Positions 26,023 to 33,634 of a stretch of DNA of 64,000 nucleotides are shown here, piece after piece. The first letter of the stretch is position 1. Every line of letters starts with the position of its first letter. The stretch comes from an uncultured Planctomycetales bacterium (GTDB taxonomy: Bacteria > Omnitrophota > Gorgyraeia > Zapsychrales > JANLHA01), in the NCBI GenBank assembly GCA_964595465.1, contig CAZQQI010000005.1, positions 9,562 to 73,561 of the forward strand, in the 5' to 3' direction. The notes below the pieces were generated by a model. It was given only the letters and a program-made list of their open reading frames with translations, had not been told where the DNA came from and did not search any database. Made by a program: the position numbers and the translations under genes.

Positions 26023-26472
26023 ATGCCTTTAACACTTCCTCTAACCAATCAGGACATCCGCGGGATCATCCCGCATCGCTATCCATTCCTGCTGATCGAC
26101 CGGGTGACCGGGCTCGTCCCTGGCGAGACGCTCACGGCAGTCAAGAATGTCAGCGTCAACGAACAGTATTTTACCGGACATTTCCCGGACGAAAAGATCA
26201 TGCCCGGGGTGTTGATCATTGAGGCCATGGCTCAGGCCGGCTGTGTTTTTTTCTATTATTCTCAAAAAGACCCCGGTCCGGCCTTGATGTATTATTTGGG
26301 CAAAGTAACGGCGCGCTTTCTTCAGCCTGTGCGTCCCGGCGATCAGCTGATGATCCGGGTCGAGGCCGTGCGCATGATGGCCAATGGCGCTATCCTCAAG
26401 GCGGAGGCCTCGGTCGACGGCGTCCGCGTGTCTGCTGTTGAATTCACCTTAAGTATCCGTCCTGCCTTATGA
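26023..26472 (+). CDS. Second 3-hydroxyacyl-ACP dehydratase (FabZ paralogue)
   Basis: The hot-dog motifs IPHRYPFLLIDRV...GHFP...PGVLIIEAMAQ are present. The start was set at ATG 26023 (MPLTLPL...). Confidence 0.8.
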   Translation: MPLTLPLTNQDIRGIIPHRYPFLLIDRVTGLVPGETLTAVKNVSVNEQYFTGHFPDEKIMPGVLIIEAMAQAGCVFFYYSQKDPGPALMYYLGKVTARFLQPVRPGDQLMIRVEAVRMMANGAILKAEASVDGVRVSAVEFTLSIRPAL

Positions 26473-27749
26473 CAGCGCAAGACCACTGCAGATCGTCTGC
26501 TCAGAACAGAGCCGCGGACTATGACGTTATTGTTGTCGGCGCCGGCGCGGCCGGTATGATGGCTGCCATCCGCGCCGCGCAGATCGGCGCGCGGGTTCTT
26601 TTGCTGGAAAAAGGCCCTCGTCTTGGGCGCAAGGTCCGCATCACGGGTAAGGGCCGCTGTAATGTCACCAATGCCTGCGCGCGTGAAGAATTCATTAAAC
26701 GTTTTTTTCACAACGGAGATTTTCTGCGCGACGCGTTCAAGGCCTTTTCCAACCGGGACCTCATGCATTTTTTCGAGCAGCAGGGGGTGGCGCTGAAGGT
26801 CGAACGTCAGCAGAGGGTGTTCCCTCAAAGCGGACGCGCCGCCGATGTGGCTGCGGCATTGGAGACTGCGCTGGCAAAAAACAGCGTCGAGGTGCGTACC
26901 AACATAGCGGTCCGTGATGTTCTGGTTGACGGCAGAGTGCGGGGTGTGGTCCTGGACGGAGGAGAACATATCTTTGCGTCCGCTGTGATGATCGCGACAG
27001 GTGGACTGAGTTATCCGGAAACCGGTTCCACGGGAGACGGCTTGCTCATGGCCCGCAAGAGCGGTCACCGTATAACTCCTACCGGACCGGCCTTAACGTC
27101 ATTAGAGACCCGGCAGAAATATGTTAAGGAGTGGGAAGGGCTGACGCTCAAAAATATTCGTCTGATATTTGTTCACGGGCGTAAGCGGCAGGAGAGCGGA
27201 ATGGGCGAGCTGCTCTTTACCGCCCGCGGGGTTTCCGGTCCGTTGGTGGTCAGCGCCAGCGGCCAGGCCGGAGAGTGGCTGGAGCGCGGGCAAGCGGTCA
27301 GGCTCGAGATAGATCTTAAGCCCGCCCTGAGCGCTGATGATCTGGACGCACGCGTCCTGCGCGACATTGACGCCGCACCCCGACAGCGCATGAAAAATTT
27401 CTGCAGAGGGCTTCTGCCGCAGCGTATGATCGCGCGGTTCTTAAAGGAAGCCGGCGTTGATACGGACCTGCCGGCCAATCAGCTGACCGCTCATCAGCGC
27501 AGGAATGTCATTTGTAAGCTGAAAGGTTTGAGTTTCGATATAAAAAGTGTCGCTCCGCTGAAAACCGCCATGGTCACCCGCGGAGGAATAAGCGTGAGGG
27601 ATGTTGATCCCCGGACTATGCAGTCGCGCCGCGTCCCGGGGCTTTATTTCGCCGGCGAGGTTCTGGATGTGGACGGCGACACCGGCGGGTTTAACCTGCA
27701 GGCCGCGTTCTCGACCGGATTCCTGGCCGGACAATCCGCCGTGGGATAA
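26469..27749 (+). CDS. HI0933-family FAD-dependent oxidoreductase (flavoprotein)
   Basis: The N-terminal dinucleotide-binding motif DVIVVGAGAAGMMAAIRAAQIGARVLLLEKG is present. The protein is 426 aa, consistent with the HI0933/YhiN-like family, and overlaps the fabZ2 stop by 4 nt. Confidence 0.7.
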   Translation: MTAQDHCRSSAQNRAADYDVIVVGAGAAGMMAAIRAAQIGARVLLLEKGPRLGRKVRITGKGRCNVTNACAREEFIKRFFHNGDFLRDAFKAFSNRDLMHFFEQQGVALKVERQQRVFPQSGRAADVAAALETALAKNSVEVRTNIAVRDVLVDGRVRGVVLDGGEHIFASAVMIATGGLSYPETGSTGDGLLMARKSGHRITPTGPALTSLETRQKYVKEWEGLTLKNIRLIFVHGRKRQESGMGELLFTARGVSGPLVVSASGQAGEWLERGQAVRLEIDLKPALSADDLDARVLRDIDAAPRQRMKNFCRGLLPQRMIARFLKEAGVDTDLPANQLTAHQRRNVICKLKGLSFDIKSVAPLKTAMVTRGGISVRDVDPRTMQSRRVPGLYFAGEVLDVDGDTGGFNLQAAFSTGFLAGQSAVG

Positions 27750-27815
27750 AGGTGACGGGCACTTTTATTTTATCCCTCATCTCTAATTCTGAAAATAAAA
27801 GTGTCCGTCACCTTT
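27748..27815. terminator. Very long hairpin (24-bp stem with one G-U pair, 21-nt loop) overlapping the flavoprotein stop codon; a terminator candidate, possibly bidirectional
   Basis: AAAGGTGACGGGCACTTTTATTTT (27748-27771) pairs with AAAATAAAAGTGTCCGTCACCTTT (27792-27815), and TTTATATT follows. Confidence 0.6.
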
Positions 27816-27837
27816 ATATTACTAAAGAAAGGTCCCT

Positions 27838-28185
27838 ATGACCGAACAACGCCAATACCCCCGCTTTCGTGTCAAGCTTCCGGTCACGATCGAATACGAC
27901 CGGGACGACGCATTTCAGCGCCTGACTTCGACGCTGGATGTCAGCGCCAGCGGAATCTGCGTGGTTTCGCCCGATCCTTTTGAGAAAGGCCAGTGCGTTC
28001 GGCTGATCATGCAGACCGACAAAGACCGTATCATCAGCCTGCCCGCCCATGTGATCTGGCAGCGCGAACGCCGCCTCAAAACCCGCACCGATTACCGGGT
28101 CGCCTTCAAACTCGTGGACATTATGGATGCTGAAGAGGTCGCCTTTGTCCGCACCATCAACCGCCAGCTGTATTCCTGCGAATAA
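27838..28185 (+). CDS. PilZ-domain protein (putative c-di-GMP receptor)
   Basis: PilZ motifs RQYPRFRV (RxxxR) and DVSASGI (D-x-S-x-x-G) are present in a 115-aa protein. Confidence 0.7.
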   Translation: MTEQRQYPRFRVKLPVTIEYDRDDAFQRLTSTLDVSASGICVVSPDPFEKGQCVRLIMQTDKDRIISLPAHVIWQRERRLKTRTDYRVAFKLVDIMDAEEVAFVRTINRQLYSCE

Positions 28186-28364
28186 TTGCATCTCGCATCT
28201 AGCATCTCGCAGCTTGAACTTGGCAGCTATCCACCATTCTCTATTTACGATTTACTATTTTCCAGACCCGAATACTAGCTGCTAAATGCGGGGAGCTAAC
28301 TGCAGGCTGCTATTTATCCCCTTTATCCTTGTCTTTGTCCAAAATTTTGTTAAGATACTGCCGT

Positions 28365-28388
28365 TCACAATTGTCTCACAATCTTCAC
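28365..28388 (+). promoter_or_regulatory. Direct repeats TCACAAT-N4-TCACAAT with 11-bp period, upstream of the Na/Pi cotransporter gene; a Pho-box-like candidate operator
   Basis: TCACAATTGTC TCACAATCTTC is read at 28365-28386. An 11-bp direct-repeat periodicity is the known architecture of OmpR/PhoB-family sites, and the downstream gene is a PhoU-domain Na/Pi cotransporter. The repeat sequence itself is not the E. coli CTGTCAT consensus. Confidence 0.3.
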
Positions 28389-28419
28389 GCAGTGTTCAAC
28401 ATCAAGGAAAGGATCGGCA

Positions 28420-30120
28420 GTGAGCGGAAACTTTATTTTTCTGATGATGGGCGGTCTCGGATTTTTCTTTTTCGGCATGCGCACCATGTCCGAAGGGCTG
28501 AAACAGGTTGCCGGAGAAAGGCTTAAGAACTTTCTGCACATGGTTACCAAGGTCCCTATTGTGGGCGTCGCTGTCGGCACTCTGGTGACCCTGCTGATCC
28601 AGTCTTCCAGCGCTACCACGGTCATGGTCGTCGGATTTGTCAGCGCCGGCCTGCTGGCGCTCAAACAGGCCATCAGCGTGATCATCGGTGCCAATATCGG
28701 GACCACCTTTACCGCCTGGCTGGTCTCGTCCATGTCCGTCCTTAAAGTTACCCAATATGCTCTGCCCGCCGTGGGAGTCGGATTTCTGCTGATGACTTTC
28801 GGCAGGGGCCGCAGGATGAAGTTTTGGGGTGAGGTCCTGTTGGGCTTTGGCATGCTCTTTGTCGGTCTGGGGTTAATGAAAGACGCCTTTGACCCTTTGA
28901 AAGACAGCCAGCAGCTTAAAGATGTCCTGGTCATGTTCGCTCATAACCCTATTTTAGGGATCCTGGTCGGGGCAGTATTCACTGTGCTGCTGCAGAGTTC
29001 TTCGGCCACCATTGCTATTGTGCAGGTTCTGGCGTTCAAAGGGCTGATCCCGTTTTCTGCCGCTATTCCGGTCATCCTCGGGGAAAACATCGGGACCACG
29101 ATCACCGCCCAGATGGCGGCCGCCGGGTCCAATGTCACCGCCCGCCGCGCCGCGATGTCGCATACTCTATTTAATGTGATCGGTGTGTCCTACATGTTGA
29201 TTTTTGTGTATTTCGGCTGGTATGAACGGCTGGTGGATTTTATCGTCCCCGGTAAGATTACCCTCACCAATGTTATGTTTCATATCGCGGTCGCGCATTC
29301 TGTATTTAATGTTTTCAACGCCCTGGTTTTTCTGCCGTTTATCGGCTGGCTGGAAACGGCTAGTGTTTTTCTCGTGCGCCAGCGTAAAGGGGAGGAAGAA
29401 CTCAAGCCCCAGTATCTCGACAAACATCTGCTGGAGACCCCGGCTGTGGCACTGGAGCAGGTGCGAAATGAAACCCTGTATATGCTCAGCGTGGCCAAAA
29501 AATCTGTGACCGCCGCGGTCCGGGGCTTTCTGCACAGCAATGAAGCCCTGCTGACCAAGGCTGTGAAATATGAAAATGCCACGGATAACCTGCAGTCTGA
29601 GATCACACAGTATGTGATTGATCTTTCCCAGCAGGAGCTGGCGCCGGAAGAATCCCAGGAGATCCCCGTTCTCCTGCATAATGTTAATGATGCCGAACGG
29701 ATCGGGGACCATGCCCGCAATATCGCCGAGATCGCCCGCAACAGGATCGATGAAAAGATCGTTTTTTCGGACACGGCCATCGTTGAGCTGAAAGATATGT
29801 GGGCACAACTGCAGGCCCTCCTCGACGGCACCGCGCGTGTCTTTCAGGGTCAGGATGCCCGCGGCGCGGAAAAACTCCTTGAGGTGGAAAACCGTATCAA
29901 TGCACTGCAGATCCGGTTAAAAGAGACCCATATTGAACGGCTCAACTGCGGGGCCTGTGATCTGAAAGCCAATTTTATTTTTTTGGATTTCATCGACAAC
30001 ATGGAAAAGATCGGCGATCACTTGACGAATATTGTGCAAAGTGTTATAGGTAAGATGCAGTGGCGCGTTTATCAAAAAGCCGATCCTTCGGCCCAGCCGG
30101 CCCAGGAATCGGCGAGCTGA
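28420..30120 (+). CDS. Na+/phosphate cotransporter (NptA family) with C-terminal PhoU-like domains; GTG start
   Basis: 566 aa with duplicated QSSSAT transporter motifs in the N-terminal half and PhoU-like helical repeats (...ERIGDHARNIAE..., ...EKIGDHLTNIVQ) in the C-terminal half. An SD AGGAAAGGA lies 7 nt upstream. Confidence 0.8.
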   Translation: MSGNFIFLMMGGLGFFFFGMRTMSEGLKQVAGERLKNFLHMVTKVPIVGVAVGTLVTLLIQSSSATTVMVVGFVSAGLLALKQAISVIIGANIGTTFTAWLVSSMSVLKVTQYALPAVGVGFLLMTFGRGRRMKFWGEVLLGFGMLFVGLGLMKDAFDPLKDSQQLKDVLVMFAHNPILGILVGAVFTVLLQSSSATIAIVQVLAFKGLIPFSAAIPVILGENIGTTITAQMAAAGSNVTARRAAMSHTLFNVIGVSYMLIFVYFGWYERLVDFIVPGKITLTNVMFHIAVAHSVFNVFNALVFLPFIGWLETASVFLVRQRKGEEELKPQYLDKHLLETPAVALEQVRNETLYMLSVAKKSVTAAVRGFLHSNEALLTKAVKYENATDNLQSEITQYVIDLSQQELAPEESQEIPVLLHNVNDAERIGDHARNIAEIARNRIDEKIVFSDTAIVELKDMWAQLQALLDGTARVFQGQDARGAEKLLEVENRINALQIRLKETHIERLNCGACDLKANFIFLDFIDNMEKIGDHLTNIVQSVIGKMQWRVYQKADPSAQPAQESAS

Positions 30121-30133
30121 CCATGGAGCGGAT

Positions 30134-30511
30134 ATGTCCGGAAAGATCATTTTGGCGGTCGACGATGACCCGACGACCCTGAAGCTGTTGAACGCCCGTT
30201 TTCGTGAAGACGGTCATGATATCCGCACCGCAGAGACCGCCGGTGACGCGATCCGCCAGGCTAAGGAGTGCCCTCCGGATATTGTCATCATGGACCTCCT
30301 CTTGCCGGATATGCCCGGCGAAGAGGCCGTAGTTGAACTTCTTCAGATGTTTCCTTCCCGTGAAATGACTATCATTTTTCTCTCCGGGATCCTTTTGGCT
30401 GAAGACGGCGAAGGGGTCGAATCCCAGCAGGTCCGCGTCAAAGATGAATTTTATCCGGCAGTGGGCAAGCCCGTCAATTTTGAGCGCTTGATGTCCGTTC
30501 TGAATATTTAA
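30134..30511 (+). CDS. Stand-alone response-regulator receiver domain protein
   Basis: The REC motifs ILAVDDD, the phospho-acceptor ...IVIMDLLLPD and a conserved Lys region are present, in 125 aa with no output domain. Confidence 0.8.
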   Translation: MSGKIILAVDDDPTTLKLLNARFREDGHDIRTAETAGDAIRQAKECPPDIVIMDLLLPDMPGEEAVVELLQMFPSREMTIIFLSGILLAEDGEGVESQQVRVKDEFYPAVGKPVNFERLMSVLNI

Positions 30512-30526
30512 TGTGAGGGAGGATCT

Positions 30527-31102
30527 ATGAGCTGTCAGGATCTGATCAAAGGGCGGCGCAGTGTCCGCAAATTCAAAGATACTTTGGTGAAAGATGAGGA
30601 GGTCGTCCAGCTTCTGGACGCCGCCCGCTGGGCTCCTTCCTGGATGAATACCCAGTGCTGGGAGTTCATTGTGGTCCGTGACGAAGACCTGATCCGTCAG
30701 GTCGTAGAGACCTTCAGCCCGGCCAATCCGTCACGTCCTTGTGCCGGCGAGGCTTCTGTCCTGCTGGTCGCGGCCGCCCGCCGGGATGCCGCGGGGATGG
30801 GGAAAGACGGGAGACCGTCAACCGAAATCCAGAATTGGTTTATGTTCGATCTGGGCGCGGCCGTGCAGAATATCAGTTTGGCCGCGTATGATATGGGCCT
30901 GGCCACGGTCGTTGTCGGTTCGCTTGACCATGCCCGCTGTGCGGAACTTTTGAAGGTTCCCGCTGATGTTCAGGTTGCCGCCGTTCTTCCGGTCGGCCGT
31001 CCCGCGCAGACTCCGGCTCCGAAACCGCGCAAGGATCTCGATGAGTTCGTCTCGGTCGATCATTACGGAAAGCGCTGGGCTTTAGGGGGAGAGGAAAAAT
31101 AA
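30527..31102 (+). CDS. Nitroreductase-family NAD(P)H-flavin oxidoreductase
   Basis: The N-terminal RRSVRKF motif typical of the nitroreductase family is present in a 191-aa protein. Confidence 0.8.
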   Translation: MSCQDLIKGRRSVRKFKDTLVKDEEVVQLLDAARWAPSWMNTQCWEFIVVRDEDLIRQVVETFSPANPSRPCAGEASVLLVAAARRDAAGMGKDGRPSTEIQNWFMFDLGAAVQNISLAAYDMGLATVVVGSLDHARCAELLKVPADVQVAAVLPVGRPAQTPAPKPRKDLDEFVSVDHYGKRWALGGEEK

Positions 31103-31103
31103 A

Positions 31104-31790
31104 ATGCCGCAGACATACGAATATACTATGGGCCGTGAGCTGGATCTCGCCGCTGAGCAGCAGAAAACCCTTAACACCCCCTGTCTGGAGGCGCATGTCA
31201 TTCACAAGGCCATGTTCTGGATGATGGACGTGCTTTATGGGAAAGAGGTCAGCTGGCCCAAGGTCAAGGTTCTGGAGATCCTGGCCCGCTACCCGTACTG
31301 GGCCTGGGAAGACGGGGGATACAACGGTCTCAGCCGTCTTTATGCGCGCACTACAGAGCCGGCCGAAGCAGATGTTGAGAATTTTCGTAATTATATTTCA
31401 TTGGGCCGCGACAGCCAGGATAATGAAGAACTGCACATGCTGATCGCCGAAGACATCATTGCGCAGAAAGGCATAAACCTGGGCTGGTTCCGGCATTGGC
31501 TTCTGCCCCGGCTGATGGGGACGGGATACGCGATCCTCACCAAGATCATTTTTCACCTCAGTCCGTCATTGTCGTTCTATATGAACGCCGCTTTCGAATC
31601 GCATGCCGAACATGAATATATGTCCCTGGCCGCCGATCATCCGGAGTGGGAAGATGTCCCCGTCGATTCCAAGTACTTCAAGTACTATCCCCGCCAGAGC
31701 AGTCTTAACAATCTTATCCGCCGCATCGCGCTCGACGAGCGTGACCACATGTACCATTCCCTGGAAGAATACGAAAAGCTTAAACACTGA
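31104..31790 (+). CDS. Alternative-oxidase (AOX/PTOX) family di-iron carboxylate protein
   Basis: Four helix motifs match the AOX iron ligands: LEILA (LET.A), NEELHML (NERMHL), AFESHAEHEY (LEEEA.H.Y) and ALDERDHMYH (RADEAHHR). The ATG is 1 nt after the nitroreductase stop. Confidence 0.65.
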   Translation: MPQTYEYTMGRELDLAAEQQKTLNTPCLEAHVIHKAMFWMMDVLYGKEVSWPKVKVLEILARYPYWAWEDGGYNGLSRLYARTTEPAEADVENFRNYISLGRDSQDNEELHMLIAEDIIAQKGINLGWFRHWLLPRLMGTGYAILTKIIFHLSPSLSFYMNAAFESHAEHEYMSLAADHPEWEDVPVDSKYFKYYPRQSSLNNLIRRIALDERDHMYHSLEEYEKLKH

Positions 31791-31797
31791 CCCGAAA

Positions 31798-31818
31798 AAA
31801 ATAGCAAACCGCTATTTT
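31798..31818. terminator. Bidirectional terminator hairpin (AAAATAGC-AAACC-GCTATTTT) between convergent AOX-like and anti-sigma genes
   Basis: An 8-bp stem flanked by an A run and a T run is read directly. Confidence 0.5.
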
Positions 31819-31852
31819 CCCTTCATCATGTGCTGTTTACTATCCGCTGATT

Positions 31853-32137
31853 TTATTTCGAATCACGTCCGGTGAGTTTGTCTTTGATACGTTGGCAGGC
31901 TTTTTCCGAAAGGCAGCAATCGGAAGGGGGTTCGTGACTGCAGACAGCCTCCATGTAATGCTTCAGTGTTTCGCGCAGGCTTTTGAGCTGTTTACTGCAG
32001 TACACGCAGGTTCTGCAGACCGCAAGGTGAGCGGTCAGCATGGCCTTTTCTTTCGCGGAAAGTTCTTCTTCCATACTCTTGGACATCAAAACAGTGGCGA
32101 TCTTGCAGGAGATATGATCTTTGTCCGTGCCGGTCAT
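31853..32137 (-). CDS. Zinc-binding anti-sigma factor (ZAS family, RsrA/ChrR-like), cytoplasmic and Cys-rich
   Basis: The HxxxCxxC motif HLAVCRTC is present. The protein is 94 aa with 9 Cys, and its gene overlaps the upstream ECF sigma gene by 4 nt. Confidence 0.7.
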   Translation of the reverse strand: MTGTDKDHISCKIATVLMSKSMEEELSAKEKAMLTAHLAVCRTCVYCSKQLKSLRETLKHYMEAVCSHEPPSDCCLSEKACQRIKDKLTGRDSK

Positions 32138-32727
32138 TGTTCTCCTTTACGTTCAAACCAATTCTCTTCGATACATCCCCGCATCTGCAGACGGGCGCGG
32201 TGCATCATGACCCAGAGGTTGGTCGGTGTAATGTTTAAAATCTGACAAATTTCCTTCGTTTCCATGTGGTCCAGTTCTCTCATAGAGAACGCCTCGGCTG
32301 TGCGCGAAGGCAGTTTCTGAATGCACTTTTCCAGCACTTCCCAGAATTCGTGGTTTTCGCTGAGTTCGCGGGGGTTAGCCTCCCAGTCGGAGGGATATTT
32401 GTTGGGATGGCCGACCTGGTCGAAAAAGGAATCCACGGTCATGGATTCTTTGCGGCTCTGCAGACTGGAAACCGGTGTCTCACGGTATTTCTTGCGGAAA
32501 TAATCAATGATCTTATGTTTCAAAATTCCGATCATCCAGGTCCGCTCGGTGGATCGTCCGGCGAATTTATCTCTGGCCTTGAACGCGGCCAGAAATGTCT
32601 CCTGAACAAGGTTTTCAGCTTCATTGGGATTGCGCAGACGTCCCAGGGCAAAACGATAGAGGTAGTTGCCGTATTTATCGACCCACTCCGCCGGGTCGGA
32701 TAATTTGCGTGATGTGGTATCCGTCAT
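32134..32727 (-). CDS. ECF-type RNA polymerase sigma-70 factor
   Basis: Sigma-70 region 2 (...LVQETFLAAFKARDKF...) and region 4 HTH (...ICQILNITPTNLWVMMHRARLQMR) are present in a 197-aa protein. Confidence 0.85.
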   Translation of the reverse strand: MTDTTSRKLSDPAEWVDKYGNYLYRFALGRLRNPNEAENLVQETFLAAFKARDKFAGRSTERTWMIGILKHKIIDYFRKKYRETPVSSLQSRKESMTVDSFFDQVGHPNKYPSDWEANPRELSENHEFWEVLEKCIQKLPSRTAEAFSMRELDHMETKEICQILNITPTNLWVMMHRARLQMRGCIEENWFERKGEQ

Positions 32728-33134
32728 AGCAGGATTACTTTATCAAGGATTTGGAGAATGCGCAAGCAGGAATTCCCTGTAAGCCTTGGCATTTTTATTC
32801 GACTAAATAACACTCAACAGCGCATCAAAAAACCTCTCCCAGAAGGTCAAGGCCTGCTCGCTTGCGGGCGGGTCTTGTTTTAAAAAGGGAAATAACAAAA
32901 AATGGGGAAAGCATGAAAAGAATTCACTTTTTTTGTGATGTTGTTCATAAAAATCCGGAAAATCGGGAGGAATTACAGCATACCCGGCATTTATTCGTCT
33001 TTGTGGTCCGCGGCGAACAGGCTGAACAGGAGGAAAATGGTGATGCTCCGGATAAAAATCAGCGTTTTAAATCGCCGGGCCCGTATTTTAAGGGGAAACC
33101 TCGAGGGAATTTTTAGCGGAGAAAGGGGGAGATG

Positions 33135-33218
33135 ATGAACAATTATCTGGATTTTATCCGGTCCTGGTCTGACGAAGACGAGGCAGAAGAGTGTCTTCCC
33201 TGTCTCTGCGCTGACTAG
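33135..33218 (+). CDS. Candidate 27-aa Cys-rich acidic peptide MNNYLDFIRSWSDEDEAEECLPCLCAD with a strong SD; too short for the ORF track
   Basis: AAAGGGGGAG sits immediately upstream of the tandem ATG ATG at 33132/33135, with a TAG stop at 33216-33218 followed directly by a terminator-like structure. No homology is claimed. Confidence 0.3.
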   Translation: MNNYLDFIRSWSDEDEAEECLPCLCAD

Positions 33219-33223
33219 ATAAC

Positions 33224-33319
33224 CCGGCTGCCGGTTTTCCTGTTTCCGCAAGGATACAGGTCTGGCCAAACAGGAAATCTCCCTTTGTTTCCTGTTCAAG
33301 CCGGCAGCCGGTTTGTTTT
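33224..33319 (+). terminator. Attenuator-like structure: outer stem CCGGCTGCCGG/CCGGCAGCCGG plus T tract, enclosing the mutually exclusive pairings TTCCTGTTT : AAACAGGAA : TTTCCTGTT
   Basis: The inverted and direct repeats are read directly. The 3' arm is followed by TTTGTTTT. A second 10-bp hairpin GGGGCAGCGG/CCGCTGCCCC (33327-33356) abuts the tRNA promoter -35. Confidence 0.4.
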
Positions 33320-33357
33320 ATCTCATGGGGCAGCGGTTTTTTTCGGCCGCTGCCCCA

Positions 33358-33386
33358 TTGACGTTACATGCCTTCAATGCTACAAT
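33358..33386 (+). promoter_or_regulatory. tRNA-Pro promoter TTGACG-17-TACAAT
   Basis: TTGACG at 33358-33363, a 17-bp spacer and TACAAT at 33381-33386 are read directly, about 38 nt upstream of the tRNA 5' end. Confidence 0.6.
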
Positions 33387-33424
33387 ATGCGTTCATTACG
33401 CTTATTAATAGTATTAATATAAAT

Positions 33425-33502
33425 CGGGAAGTAGCGCAGCTCGGCTAGCGCGCAACGTTCGGGACGTTGAGGTCGAGGGTTCAAATCCCTCCTTCCCGAC
33501 CA
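33425..33502 (+). tRNA. tRNA-Pro (anticodon CGG), CCA encoded
   Basis: The cloverleaf was folded by hand: acceptor CGGGAAG/CTTCCCG, D stem GCGC, anticodon stem CAACG/CGTTG with loop TTCGGGA (anticodon CGG, G37), T stem GAGGG/CCCTC with TTCAAAT, and discriminator A followed by CCA. C1:G72 plus A73 is typical of bacterial tRNA-Pro. Confidence 0.9.
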
Positions 33503-33634
33503 TTTTTTAGGTTCGATTCCTAGAATGCACCCATTTCTTCATTCCATTCTTCGTGACTTTCCAGAGAAATTTCCTCTGTTCCCATGGCGGGATATGTTCT
33601 TATATCATCCTAACTTACGTGAAAGGAGCGTGAT

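Noticed and set aside
32728-32800. Candidate ECF autoregulatory promoter upstream (minus strand) of the sigma gene: GGAAT-N17-TCCAAA
   Set aside because: Only a loose resemblance to the GGAAC/-10 CGT-type ECF motifs, a single instance, and no second copy at candidate target genes. Not reported as a feature.
32862-33116. 84-aa + strand ORF in the low-GC island (MRAGLVLKREITKNGESMKRIHFF...)
   Set aside because: It has a low-complexity K/E/R-rich translation, no convincing SD at either Met, no family resemblance, and overlaps minus-strand ORFs of equal implausibility. The short Cys-rich ORF at 33135-33218 has far better translation signals.
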